Positions 29,283-39,255 of a stretch of 64,000 nt of DNA are shown piece after piece. A program made the translations under genes and the position numbers. The notes below the pieces were generated by a model. That model ran no database searches. It saw only the letters and a list, made by a program, of their open reading frames with translations, and was not told the DNA's origin. Source of the DNA: Chamaesiphon sp. GL140_3_metabinner_129_sub (GTDB lineage Bacteria > Cyanobacteriota > Cyanobacteriia > Cyanobacteriales > Chamaesiphonaceae). The stretch covers positions 3,635-67,634 of the forward strand of contig JANYIT010000353.1 in assembly GCA_025358725.1 (NCBI GenBank), given 5' to 3'. The stretch's first letter is position 1. Every line of letters begins with the position of its first letter.

Positions 29283-30203
29283 ATGGGCACACTTTTTCGC
29301 GAAGTAAAATTAATTATTCTCTGGTCTAGTTTATCTGTAGTAACTTGGGCTTGCTCGACTCATCCTTTCTACTGGAAAAAGCTCGATGTCGATCTTCAGT
29401 TAGTCGAATCTGGAGATCTACTAGTTACAGAGACTCAGCAATATATTTTTACCGATCGAGACAAAAATCAAAGATATCGATATATTCAAATCGATAAAAT
29501 TGATAAAATTAAAGATATAACAGTAACAGAAAACGATCGACCTGTCTCAAATCTCCAGGTGTCTAGATCGAACGATCGACAGTATATTAAATGGGAACAC
29601 AATTTTGCCAGCAACTTTCCAGGCAGTCACGTATTCGTACTTAGATATCGGGCAATCGGCAGCTTAGAAGTTGAAAAATCTCAAACAAACTTGAAATGGA
29701 TGGCAATTTTTCCCGATCGTCAGGCTCCAATTAACTCGGCTCAAGTGACGTTGCATCTACCAGCTAAACTAGCAGGAATGACTGAGAACTTTACGACTAA
29801 TGGAGTGGATGTAGATACCAAAACTATCGATCGGAGTACGATCCAGTTTAGAGCGAAAGGCTCGATCGATCCTGAATTTAAATTAACCGTACTCGGTCAT
29901 TTCCCCACCAATACTCTTCAGATCGATAAATCTCAATGGCAATTTTCTAATAATGGTAATTGGTTGAGTTTATTATTATGGCTACCAATTATTTGCGGGT
30001 CATCATTCATTTTTATAGGTATTTTCATTATACCCATTCTCAAGTTAATGCGACCCGCTAGAGTTATAGGCACTGATCGAAGCTGTAAAGTATCTATAGT
30101 TCAGAATGGTAATAGTAAAAACACTAATACTAGTACTCGTAGCGATCATCGCAGTGGTGGTAGTGGTGGTGGTGGCTGTGGTGGCTGCGGTGGTGGCGGC
30201 TAA
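29283..30203 (+). CDS. DUF2207-like membrane protein with Gly/Cys tail
   Basis: G.LLVTETQ.Y.F, TM helix, ends GGSGGGGCGGCGGGG. Confidence 0.7.
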   Translation: MGTLFREVKLIILWSSLSVVTWACSTHPFYWKKLDVDLQLVESGDLLVTETQQYIFTDRDKNQRYRYIQIDKIDKIKDITVTENDRPVSNLQVSRSNDRQYIKWEHNFASNFPGSHVFVLRYRAIGSLEVEKSQTNLKWMAIFPDRQAPINSAQVTLHLPAKLAGMTENFTTNGVDVDTKTIDRSTIQFRAKGSIDPEFKLTVLGHFPTNTLQIDKSQWQFSNNGNWLSLLLWLPIICGSSFIFIGIFIIPILKLMRPARVIGTDRSCKVSIVQNGNSKNTNTSTRSDHRSGGSGGGGCGGCGGGG

Positions 30204-30227
30204 AGTTAGATGCAATGAGTATTTATT

Positions 30228-30731
30228 GTGGAGAAAGCAGTTCCCATGAATCCGATAGAAGCCGATTTATATAAACGTATTTGTGAATTTGAGTTAGATG
30301 AACCTGGAGCTAGTTTTCCTTTTTCACATAAGCTAGCACGGGAATGTCAATGGACGAATGCCTATACATTCAGGGCTATTCAAGAATATAAAAAATTTAT
30401 GTTTTTGGGCATGGTAGCCGAGCATATTGTATCACCTTCAGTCCCGATCGATCTAGTTTGGCATTTACATCTAATCTATACAGACTCCTACTGGAATAAA
30501 TTCTGTTATGGAGTGTTGGGTAAACCTTTTCATCATTTTCCTAGTTCGGGTGGTAAACAAGAACAAATAAAATACGCTCTCCTCTATCGAAAAACACTAG
30601 CAACATACGAAAATTATTTCGGCATTCCTCCCTCGGAGATTTGGATTAATTATCCATCAGTAAAAATTACTCAACGATACTGGATTATCCCTAATCCTAT
30701 TTATTGGTTGAGGGGAAAATTAACTACCTAG
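30228..30731 (+). CDS. glycine-rich-domain (GRDP/DUF1399-like) protein
   Basis: FS.KLARE..W...AI.EYKKF.FL...PS..ID.VWHLHL.YT.SYW. Confidence 0.8.
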   Translation: MEKAVPMNPIEADLYKRICEFELDEPGASFPFSHKLARECQWTNAYTFRAIQEYKKFMFLGMVAEHIVSPSVPIDLVWHLHLIYTDSYWNKFCYGVLGKPFHHFPSSGGKQEQIKYALLYRKTLATYENYFGIPPSEIWINYPSVKITQRYWIIPNPIYWLRGKLTT

Positions 30732-31015
30732 TAAGTATCAAAAATATCTAAAGCTACTTCAGAATAGCGAAGCAGAACTAATATCGATTACTACCGGATT
30801 GTCAAATCGTAAACAATTAATACTCGTAATAGTATTAATCCAATCAATACTATTACATCTAGTCATTTAAGCTGAGGATTTATATTATTACCTGAAGCAA
30901 AAGCACAGAAACAAAACACGCGATCAGCAAATCCACAGTTGCTTATTATATCGAACCTAGTGTTTTTATTTAGAGACACAGATTTAAAACATAAAACAAC
31001 TTATATCCTAAAGCT

Positions 31016-31564
31016 ATGACGATAAGCGATACTAATTACCTTGTCTTGTTCAGCATTTTAGCTGCTGTAGGGCTTTTTCATGTTAAAAAATTATTTTACT
31101 TGAAGGGACAAGCAGGGAAATTACTTTTCTTGGCAACAATACCAATAACAGTGATAGACAAACATTCTCTCTACCTAAACATGATGTTTGCTTTCGCACT
31201 TCCAGTGTGCTCTAGTTTTTTTCATTTAATCCTTCACTTTATTCACTTTATTCTAGATGATACTCAGTTAGCAGGTAAAGACATTCGGAATATATTTGAT
31301 TCATTATGTACTTTATTTATCTGTTGTATCTTAGTTTGTATTTTCTTGGCTCCTAGAAAAACTGAATTCAGAACAAAAGGTATTCTCAATTCAATGGGCG
31401 GTATTATTTATTATAGTAAAATTAAATCTTACCTCTGTAAATCTAGAGACGACATTACTTTTATTGCAATTGAAATAAATAAGGATAATTTCTTCTACTT
31501 TGATGTCAAAATATCTGACTTAGATTATATTTCTTCAATTCTATCAGAACTAGTGCCAAGCTAA
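31016..31564 (+). CDS. AT-rich membrane protein
   Basis: Several hydrophobic helices. Confidence 0.5.
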   Translation: MTISDTNYLVLFSILAAVGLFHVKKLFYLKGQAGKLLFLATIPITVIDKHSLYLNMMFAFALPVCSSFFHLILHFIHFILDDTQLAGKDIRNIFDSLCTLFICCILVCIFLAPRKTEFRTKGILNSMGGIIYYSKIKSYLCKSRDDITFIAIEINKDNFFYFDVKISDLDYISSILSELVPS

Positions 31565-31596
31565 ATCTTGAATATTTACTATTAGGAGGATATGTT

Positions 31597-31851
31597 ATGC
31601 CACATCATCACAGTTTTCCTGGGTCAGATCTATTTTTAAATGTGCCCATAAATCTAACGATTTCTATGATTACAAAAGAGTTGGAAATTTTGAAGCAAAA
31701 AATTCAATATGCTGCTCAAAATCCAAACTTTATCGACGATAGACAAGAACTTAATTACTACCTCAGCACCCTACTCCATGACTTGAATATTATCAATCGG
31801 GGTTTACCCCCATTACCACAAGAAATGGACATGTTCGATCCCGAATACTAG
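31597..31851 (+). CDS. hypothetical protein
   Basis: AGGAGG RBS upstream. Confidence 0.45.
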   Translation: MPHHHSFPGSDLFLNVPINLTISMITKELEILKQKIQYAAQNPNFIDDRQELNYYLSTLLHDLNIINRGLPPLPQEMDMFDPEY

Positions 31852-31896
31852 CAGTTAAAACACGATTCCACATAACTAATTGATAAAACTAAGATC

Positions 31897-33303
31897 ATGA
31901 AAACCATCCGTCGTTTACCACCGATCGTCTATGTTGCCGTTGCCTCCATATTATCTTTTGGCGGATATCAGCTCTGGCAAATTTTCCATCCCACAAATCT
32001 AACCGATCGATCCAGCAGCGGCGAACGCATCCTGATCGCCCCCGTCAATTCCAACGAGAAAACCGAAGGTATCAAGTCCTTTGCTAAGGGCGATTATCAA
32101 TCCGCAATTCAACACTTCCAAGTTGCTCTGAATAGCAATCCTAACGATCCCGAAGCGCGGATTTACCTCAACAACAGCATCGCTCGATCGAGTGGTAAGA
32201 AAAACAGCAAGATCGCCATCGTCATTCCGATCGGTAGCAACATCAATGTCGCTCAGGAGATACTACGAGGAGTCGCCCACGTTGAAACCGACACCAACAA
32301 ACGCGGTGGAATTAATGGTATCCCGATAGAAGTAGAAATCCTAGACGATGAAAATAACCCCAACCTCGCCCGTGAGATTGCCGATAAATTGAGCAAAGAT
32401 CCAGATATCCTCGCCGTTATCGGTAGCAATACCAGCGACGCTTCCCTTGCCGCCGCACCCATTTACCAACGTGCCGGAGTCGTGATGATTACGCCGACGA
32501 GCATGGGTGACAATTTATCGGGCATTGGTAACTATATCTTCCGTACCGTTCCCACTAGCCAAGCTCTCGCCCATACCCTTGCCGATCGAATCTACACAGT
32601 CGATCGTCACCGCAAACTTGCCCTGTGCATCGATACTAAAGCTTCGGACAATATTTCTTTTAAAGATGAAATTATTAGCGAGTTTTCCCGCTTGGGGGGA
32701 AAACTCGTTAACTTCAACTGCGACGTTGCCGCCAGCGATTTTAACCCCAGCCAAGCGATCGATACGGTTATAAGTAACGGTGGCGATGCGCTGTTTGTCT
32801 CTTCGCACGTTGATAGACCGAAACTAGCACTCCAAGTAGCACAAGCCAATCACAGCAGACTTCCCCTTTACTCTAGTCCCAGCCTGAATACATTTAATAC
32901 CCTTGACGCGGCTTATGACTTTGCCGGATTGACTTTGGTAACACCGTGGCTCAATCCAATCCCCACGCCATCGGGTTCCTTTAGCGATCGGGCACAGAAA
33001 TTGTGGCGTGCCTCTGTCAACTGGCGCACAGCACTAACATACGATGCGGCAAGTGCCATTGTAACAGGCTTGAAAAAGAGTAATGGCACCAGAGCGGGCT
33101 TACAACAAGCCCTACACAGTTCTAATTTTAGCGCGGTAGGAGCGGCTGGTGAAATCAAGTTCCAGAGCAACGGCGATCGGGAAATCGTACCGACGCTGGC
33201 TCAAATTCAACAAGTTAACGGTAAATGGGTATTTGCATCCCCAACCCAGCCCATCGCGACTCCAATGACCTCACCCACTCAGCCTACTACCACGGAGCGA
33301 TAA
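31897..33303 (+). CDS. LivJ-family substrate-binding protein with N-terminal TM/TPR
   Basis: NPNDPEARIYLNN, A.EILRGVA, GGING, LAVIG, YIFRTVP, YDA. Confidence 0.88.
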   Translation: MKTIRRLPPIVYVAVASILSFGGYQLWQIFHPTNLTDRSSSGERILIAPVNSNEKTEGIKSFAKGDYQSAIQHFQVALNSNPNDPEARIYLNNSIARSSGKKNSKIAIVIPIGSNINVAQEILRGVAHVETDTNKRGGINGIPIEVEILDDENNPNLAREIADKLSKDPDILAVIGSNTSDASLAAAPIYQRAGVVMITPTSMGDNLSGIGNYIFRTVPTSQALAHTLADRIYTVDRHRKLALCIDTKASDNISFKDEIISEFSRLGGKLVNFNCDVAASDFNPSQAIDTVISNGGDALFVSSHVDRPKLALQVAQANHSRLPLYSSPSLNTFNTLDAAYDFAGLTLVTPWLNPIPTPSGSFSDRAQKLWRASVNWRTALTYDAASAIVTGLKKSNGTRAGLQQALHSSNFSAVGAAGEIKFQSNGDREIVPTLAQIQQVNGKWVFASPTQPIATPMTSPTQPTTTER

Positions 33304-33308
33304 CTATT

Positions 33309-34037
33309 ATGTCAGATTTCAAATCCCCAGAAGATTTCACCCGCTGGTTAATGGGCGAGAAGATGGGCGAACCCACAGTTCGCGCTTGGAAGTGGTTGTG
33401 GGGCACCCCACCCCAATCCGCTCCGACAGTCGATCAGGTAACGATCTCCGATTTGGAGCAATTGCTCGCATCAAGACTGACGCAATTGCAACAAATCGCA
33501 CCGATTATCGAGCGAGTAGGTCTTGAAACCGCCGAGATTCAAAGACAATCTAAGTTGAAAGGGCAAGCTTATGGGGAACTAATCGATCGAGTCTTAGCCG
33601 CCAAGCAATCTGGCAATCTTGCTGAAGCTCGGTTGTTAATGGCTAGAGCGGTGCAGATGGAGTGGATTTTGCCGGAATTAAAGCTGCGATGGGAACGTTC
33701 CCACCAGCGACTCAGTGAATTAGTGGAGTTCCAGGCGCAGAAAGAATCAGAGCTGGCTTTATTAAGCTTCGATCTGCAAGCGGTGCGGACGCAGATTGAA
33801 ATCAATCAGTCCCTCGATCGCCACCGCCAGATTCACACTTCCCCAGATCTGGTCATACTGCTCGATCGTTTCAAAGAGTTGGGCTACCGTACTGACGATC
33901 TCTATCAGGAAATTCAGGTATTAAGTCAGTTCGATCCGTCTACCAATTGTACGATCCGCGATCCCGGAACTGCTTGCGATCTTGACGAACGGATCGAGCG
34001 ATTGGAAGCCAATTCAGGTGAAGATTTTTTTACCTAA
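33309..34037 (+). CDS. PspA/IM30-like coiled-coil protein
   Basis: WLMGE...W.WLWG start; long helices. Confidence 0.5.
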   Translation: MSDFKSPEDFTRWLMGEKMGEPTVRAWKWLWGTPPQSAPTVDQVTISDLEQLLASRLTQLQQIAPIIERVGLETAEIQRQSKLKGQAYGELIDRVLAAKQSGNLAEARLLMARAVQMEWILPELKLRWERSHQRLSELVEFQAQKESELALLSFDLQAVRTQIEINQSLDRHRQIHTSPDLVILLDRFKELGYRTDDLYQEIQVLSQFDPSTNCTIRDPGTACDLDERIERLEANSGEDFFT

Positions 34038-34108
34038 AGCAGCATTCATAACTCAGCCAACAGCATAACCATTGCTCGATCTATACGATTGTCAATAACT
34101 AACTAAAC

Positions 34109-35335
34109 ATGAAACTACCACTCTATATTCAAATAGTCATCGCTCTAATTATTGCCGCCATTGTCGGCATTCTGCTCGGTGCAGGTCATCCAATTATCGA
34201 TAAAGGGATAATCGAACACCTGGTTCTGCCCTGTACGCTGATTATCAAAGCATTACGAACCCTGGCAACGCCTTTAATTTTCCTCGCGATCCTCCATACA
34301 TTTATTAGTGCCGATTTGCCTGGTAAATCCGGCTCTAAACTGGTATTTCTGTTGATGAGTAATACGGTAGTTGCTATTATCATCGGGCTGTTTGTCTCTA
34401 ACATTCTCCATCCTGGCAGTGGTGGTAAATTAGGCATTGCTACTCCCACCGAGAAACCCAATGTCAAACCTCTCGATCCGTGGTCGTTGGTATCTGATGT
34501 TATTCCCGATTCGATCGTTAAACCATTAGTCGATAATAATGTGATTTCGCTAATCTTTGTGGCTTTAGCTTTTGGGATCGTTTTACGGGCAATTAAAACC
34601 GAACAAATGGCTAAATCGCAAACTGAATATCAAACGATCGAGCGCATCATTAGTCTCTTATTCGACGCGGTGATTCGGATCTTACATTGGGTAATTAAGT
34701 TAGTCCCCCTAGCGGTATTTGGAATTGTCTCAAAAACGATCGCTCTCCAAGGTTTCGAGCCGTTTCAATCTCTCGGTGCATTTGTCCTTGCTGTTTTACT
34801 CGCTCTGACTCTGCAAACTATTTATTATCTCATTCGCCTGCGATTCGGCACTTGGGTATCGCCGCGCAAATTTATTATCGGTGCCCGCGATGCTCTAGTG
34901 TCGGCATTTTGTACCGCTTCTTCGACGGCGACGATGCCGATTACCTTCGATTGTCTGGTGAATAAAATCGGCTTGCGGGAATCCTCGGCTTCGCTAGGAG
35001 TGTTGGTGGGTGGTAATTTCAACCATGATGGTACTGCTTTATACGAAGCGATGAGCGCGTTATTTATCTCCCAAGTTATCGGACAACATCTCACCCTAGC
35101 ACAACAACTAATGGTGGTATTGACTTCGATCGTGGCTTCTGTAGGAGCGGCAGGGATTCCTGAAGCTGGCTTGGTGACGATGACGCTAGTTTTGACCTCG
35201 GTGGGTTTACCGACGGAATACGTGGCGATTTTGATTACCATCGATTGGTTTCTCGATCGGTGTCGGACGACGATTAACGTTTTGGGCGATATGACGGTGA
35301 GTGCCCTAATCGATGGCAAGAAGGCGACTATATAG
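34109..35335 (+). CDS. dicarboxylate/amino acid:cation symporter (DAACS)
   Basis: TASSTAT, N.DGTALYE, SVGAAGIP, IDWFLDRCRT.INV.GD. Confidence 0.95.
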   Translation: MKLPLYIQIVIALIIAAIVGILLGAGHPIIDKGIIEHLVLPCTLIIKALRTLATPLIFLAILHTFISADLPGKSGSKLVFLLMSNTVVAIIIGLFVSNILHPGSGGKLGIATPTEKPNVKPLDPWSLVSDVIPDSIVKPLVDNNVISLIFVALAFGIVLRAIKTEQMAKSQTEYQTIERIISLLFDAVIRILHWVIKLVPLAVFGIVSKTIALQGFEPFQSLGAFVLAVLLALTLQTIYYLIRLRFGTWVSPRKFIIGARDALVSAFCTASSTATMPITFDCLVNKIGLRESSASLGVLVGGNFNHDGTALYEAMSALFISQVIGQHLTLAQQLMVVLTSIVASVGAAGIPEAGLVTMTLVLTSVGLPTEYVAILITIDWFLDRCRTTINVLGDMTVSALIDGKKATI

Positions 35336-35354
35336 TAATATTCCATAAGTTCTA

Positions 35355-35553
35355 ATGACACTAGAAACTACAGTCGATGAATTAATGCCAAAATTGCATC
35401 CTCATTGGAAGCATCTTCTGTTGGGTGAAAACTTGGGTAAGATGACTGGCAGTGAAGTCGCTCGAAGATTGCTTAGGGAGCAAGGGCGAACTGATATCAA
35501 GGTTTGCCTCAGCCAATACGAACGAAACTGCTACAGTCCCTTTCTAAATTTCA
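35355..35553 (+). pseudogene. YugP-like zinc metallopeptidase N-terminal fragment cut by IS4
   Basis: MTGSEVARRLL...G..DIKV; runs into the IS end. Confidence 0.55.
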
Positions 35554-36821
35554 CTGTCGGGGCGACAAGTCGCCTATAACGCTGATAGGATAAGTCTCAT
35601 AGCTCTCAAGCCTTGTTGATAATTAGGCAGTTTGTGTGGAGACAAAGCCATTAATTCAACAACAACCTGCCAATTACTAGACATTGAATCGACCCAAGAC
35701 TCACCCCAAAGTCCAACATAAAAAGTGCTGTGCCTAGCATATTTTCTGTGGCTTTCTGTTTTTCTACCCAGATATTCTTGAACTTGCTTAGATTTGATAT
35801 TTATCCCTTGGATGATGCTCTTCAAGTAAGCTAGTGATAGTAAAATTAACAACTTACTTAATCGATCTCCAGTTGGATTAGTCTTTTCCAAGTTATATCC
35901 TCCACCCTTAAAGTCTCTGAACATCTCTTCAATCCCAAATCTTTTAGCATAAGTATCAACTGCTGTTTGTAAATCTGCCAAGCTCGTCAAAATATACCAA
36001 GGCTCTTTTGTAGTAACATTTCTATATTTCCCCAGCCATTTACCTGCCAAATTAAATCCTTCAATTGGTGCAGTTTTTCTAATTGTTACTTCTTGATTGA
36101 AAAAGCTATTTCCTGGCTCTAAGCCTAGCATATTTAGTTCAGTCCACAACTCCTCCTCCGTCTTGATGCAAACGTTCTTTTTTAGACGTAAACAGAAACC
36201 TACTTTCTTTTCTCTAAGCCAGTTAGCAAGTGTGATGCTACAAAATTCACGATCCCCCAACACTAGCAAACTATAATCTGATAATGCGGCAAAAACTGGT
36301 GTTAATACTAATTGTTGATTCTCTAATGTACTGTTCCCTTGCTTGTTAAGTATTTTCCAATAAATAGGGATCGCTCTCTTTCGCCAAATCATACTGACCA
36401 TTAAAATATTATTTGATTGCCATTTAGTTCTGTCTATTGCTAAGTAGATAATACTATTCTGATTGACACTGCTTTTAATCCAAGCAATTACCAATAACAA
36501 CCAAATATCATCTAAATCCCATTCATCATCAGACAAGAATTTCTGAACTTTTTTTCTTCTACTTTCAAATTTAATCGGCATTGCTAGTTTTGTCGCAATG
36601 CTTTCTAATGTGACTTCCTTAATCGATTGTACTACTTGAATCAATAAAATTGTCAATAAGTAGTTAGCTCGTGTGAGTTTTTCAGACAAATGGGTATGAT
36701 ACAATTCTGGTAACATTTAATTGTTTTTTGGGTAAGAAGCTTCCTTACCCTATCCTTTTTTGAGCGATTTGTCTAAATTCGCCTCACTGTCTGGTTTTCA
36801 GGCGACCTGTCACCCCGTCAG
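35554..36821 (-). mobile_element. IS4-family element
   Basis: TIRs CTGTCGGGGCGACAAGTCGCCT / AGGCGACCTGTCACCCCGTCAG (19/22); no target duplication. Confidence 0.9.
35574..36716 (-). CDS. IS4-family transposase
   Basis: AIDRT, GDREF, Y.KRFGIEEMFRDFK (YREK). Confidence 0.95.
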   Translation of the reverse strand: MLPELYHTHLSEKLTRANYLLTILLIQVVQSIKEVTLESIATKLAMPIKFESRRKKVQKFLSDDEWDLDDIWLLLVIAWIKSSVNQNSIIYLAIDRTKWQSNNILMVSMIWRKRAIPIYWKILNKQGNSTLENQQLVLTPVFAALSDYSLLVLGDREFCSITLANWLREKKVGFCLRLKKNVCIKTEEELWTELNMLGLEPGNSFFNQEVTIRKTAPIEGFNLAGKWLGKYRNVTTKEPWYILTSLADLQTAVDTYAKRFGIEEMFRDFKGGGYNLEKTNPTGDRLSKLLILLSLAYLKSIIQGINIKSKQVQEYLGRKTESHRKYARHSTFYVGLWGESWVDSMSSNWQVVVELMALSPHKLPNYQQGLRAMRLILSAL

Positions 36822-36854
36822 ATAACTTTAGCAATTAATATTTAGAAGGCAATT

Positions 36855-37694
36855 ATGAACGATGATTTAAACAATAACAGACTTATGGATTTCATAATTC
36901 CTAGTAATGGTGAAGAAATTAAATCTATCTTTTACAAGAGACAAACTTCTCTTCCACACCCAGCAGAGATCGAGTCTTGTTTGAAGGCATGTCCGAACCT
37001 TGAAGAACTTGTATTGTATTGGGATTCCGGTCGAGTAATCGATACACCACCCGATGAAATCTTCGGAGAAATTATCACAACAATCGCCACCTATGGCAGC
37101 AACTTACGATCGTTATGTATTTCCAGCAATTCCCTTTTAAACGAGCATCTCAAGCCGTTCGCTCAAGCACCCTTTCCGCTTCTGTGTCAACTCTCCTTTC
37201 CTGATTGTCATCGATTGGGTGCTTTAGGTTTAGAATATGCTTTTTCTGGTTGTCCCCAAATTACCAACTTAGATATACATTATTCCCTCTATGACGAGGC
37301 TAATGAGGCAGCCAAACTAATTGGGAAATACTTGAGTGAGTTACGTCGATTAAATATGCATCGTACTTGCAACATGCTAGACAACGGACTAGCTGCCATT
37401 GCTGAGGGTTGCTCTCACATCGAACAGATGGAAATAGGCCGAAACTATGAGATAACCGATCGAGGTTTAAAGAAAGTAAGCGAACATTGCCTCAATTTAC
37501 AAATGCTGGGTATGTACTATAACAATAAAGTCTCCGAAACAGGACTTAATTACATATTAAATGGTTGCCCCCATTTTAAATGTTTTCATCATGGTCTGGG
37601 ATGGTGTCAGATTGAAGAAGTGAAAGAAGTCGAAATAAATTATCCCCAACTCTGTTTTTCTGGCGAAAAAGATTTTTGCGTTACAAAAGGTTGA
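36855..37694 (+). CDS. cysteine-containing leucine-rich-repeat protein
   Basis: ~26-aa repeats such as GCSHIEQMEIGRNYEITDRGLKKVSE and HCLNLQMLGMYYNNKVSETGLNYILN. Confidence 0.8.
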   Translation: MNDDLNNNRLMDFIIPSNGEEIKSIFYKRQTSLPHPAEIESCLKACPNLEELVLYWDSGRVIDTPPDEIFGEIITTIATYGSNLRSLCISSNSLLNEHLKPFAQAPFPLLCQLSFPDCHRLGALGLEYAFSGCPQITNLDIHYSLYDEANEAAKLIGKYLSELRRLNMHRTCNMLDNGLAAIAEGCSHIEQMEIGRNYEITDRGLKKVSEHCLNLQMLGMYYNNKVSETGLNYILNGCPHFKCFHHGLGWCQIEEVKEVEINYPQLCFSGEKDFCVTKG

Positions 37695-38092
37695 TATAGC
37701 GATCCTATTTGATTTTCTATTAAATCAGTACATTTGCTCATACCTCAAACCATTGATTAATAACGATCAAAATATAGTTAATTTGTACTAAAATTTTAGG
37801 CTCTCATTTAGGATTGCTATAAGCAGTAAATACAATCTTTTCGCGTTCGATCCAGTAGTGGGTGACATGACTGTTAGTATCTCGATCGATATCCCGATCG
37901 CACAAAACTTCAACGCAAGTTAAATCGATCTCCCAACCTACTCGATTGGCAAGTACGAGTCAAACAAACGAGCGAATTGTGCGGAGATTAACTGCGTTGG
38001 GTTGTGCGTTCTGTTGGGGGCGATCGAGACTTGAGAGCGCAGAATATCGATCCTGTAAAAGTTCCAAGTAATTACTTGGAATTGCCAGGGAC

Positions 38093-38587
38093 TCAGAAGT
38101 AGTCTGGAACGAGCGATCGATCGGATACGATTTCATCGGGCACTCCGAATAAATAGTCGGAATGAATTAGGTGCAATGCCAACCAATAAGGATCGGGCGA
38201 TCGCAGACTAACAAGACGATCGCAGTAATACGCAGCACCATTACGCCGCAAATAGCCGATGCGTAAGTCTTCGTGGCAGACTTCGATGGCAATTTCGCCA
38301 TCCTTCACTCCTGGCGCGTCGTCAAAGACATCGAGCCAATTCAACGATAAGTGGATACGATCGCAAATCCACTCAGGTTCTAAACCTTGGAGATCGGTCA
38401 ACGGTAAGGGTTGGAAATATCGTTGGGATAGATCGCGAACGGCATCATGGCACTCGGCTGTACTAGGATGATGACTCCGCACTACTTTACTGGGGCTGTT
38501 ACCACATGAGAATCGATTGGAATAGAGCGGGCGTGCCAGTGGGCATTCAGAGCAAGTTTGAGAGGGGATCTGCGGTAGTGCTACCAT
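38093..38587 (-). CDS. hypothetical protein (N-terminal Cys cluster)
   Basis: TCSECP...C...H...C. Confidence 0.55.
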   Translation of the reverse strand: MVALPQIPSQTCSECPLARPLYSNRFSCGNSPSKVVRSHHPSTAECHDAVRDLSQRYFQPLPLTDLQGLEPEWICDRIHLSLNWLDVFDDAPGVKDGEIAIEVCHEDLRIGYLRRNGAAYYCDRLVSLRSPDPYWLALHLIHSDYLFGVPDEIVSDRSLVPDYF

Positions 38588-38725
38588 AAATATCTGTTTT
38601 TATTGATTTGTGTGAGTGCGAAGTAGCTGCTTCGCACTTATCTTTTTGCTAGTACTCAGACATCACACAGCCACCACAGTCATTAAACTCTGGTGGCTAG
38701 TCGGGCGGTGGGTAGACAAATAGCG

Positions 38726-38842
38726 TTAATACTGGGGGTCGGAATGATAGTAGTCCTGGCGATCTCGCATTAAGTCTTCCAAGAATTGCAAATATTCTTC
38801 GGAATACTCAACCTCAATAGTTGCTAGATTGGCTTGTTGCAT
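38726..38842 (-). CDS. 38-aa acidic peptide (not in ORF track)
   Basis: GGAG RBS; MQQANLATIEVEYSEEYLQFLEDLMRDRQDYYHSDPQY. Confidence 0.5.
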   Translation of the reverse strand: MQQANLATIEVEYSEEYLQFLEDLMRDRQDYYHSDPQY

Positions 38843-38933
38843 GGTGGCTCCAAATTAAGTAAACGAGGTCGCGCCTACGTTGCGCGACCTCGTTTAGATG
38901 CGGCTCTGCCGCCTGACACTCGATCGAACTTCA

Positions 38934-39150
38934 ATCGTCAGATGTCCTGACTACATCCCCAATTTTTAATCGGTGCGGACGATGGCAATAGGTCGATGGG
39001 GAATTTTTCTCGTCAGTATCGTCAGCAAGCCATGAAACCAGCTCGTGCTATGCGTTCGATGGCTGACGATATTTTTAGGATTATCGTCAGCCATCGAAAT
39101 ATCATCGGCAATATCGTCAGTAGTACGAGCGATCGCGAACATATCGTCAG
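38934..39150. repeat. ATCGTCAG repeat array with 17-bp inverted repeat
   Basis: Copies at 38934, 39018, 39083, 39113, 39143, a 7/8 copy at 39010 and an inverted copy at 39063. Confidence 0.75.
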
Positions 39151-39255
39151 CCCTAAGAGCGTTATCCTGACTAGTGTTTTCCAAGTAGGGGATGGAGATT
39201 TTGAAACCCTGAAAAATTTGCTATCGTAGTAACAACCTAAGATTAGTTGTAAGTC

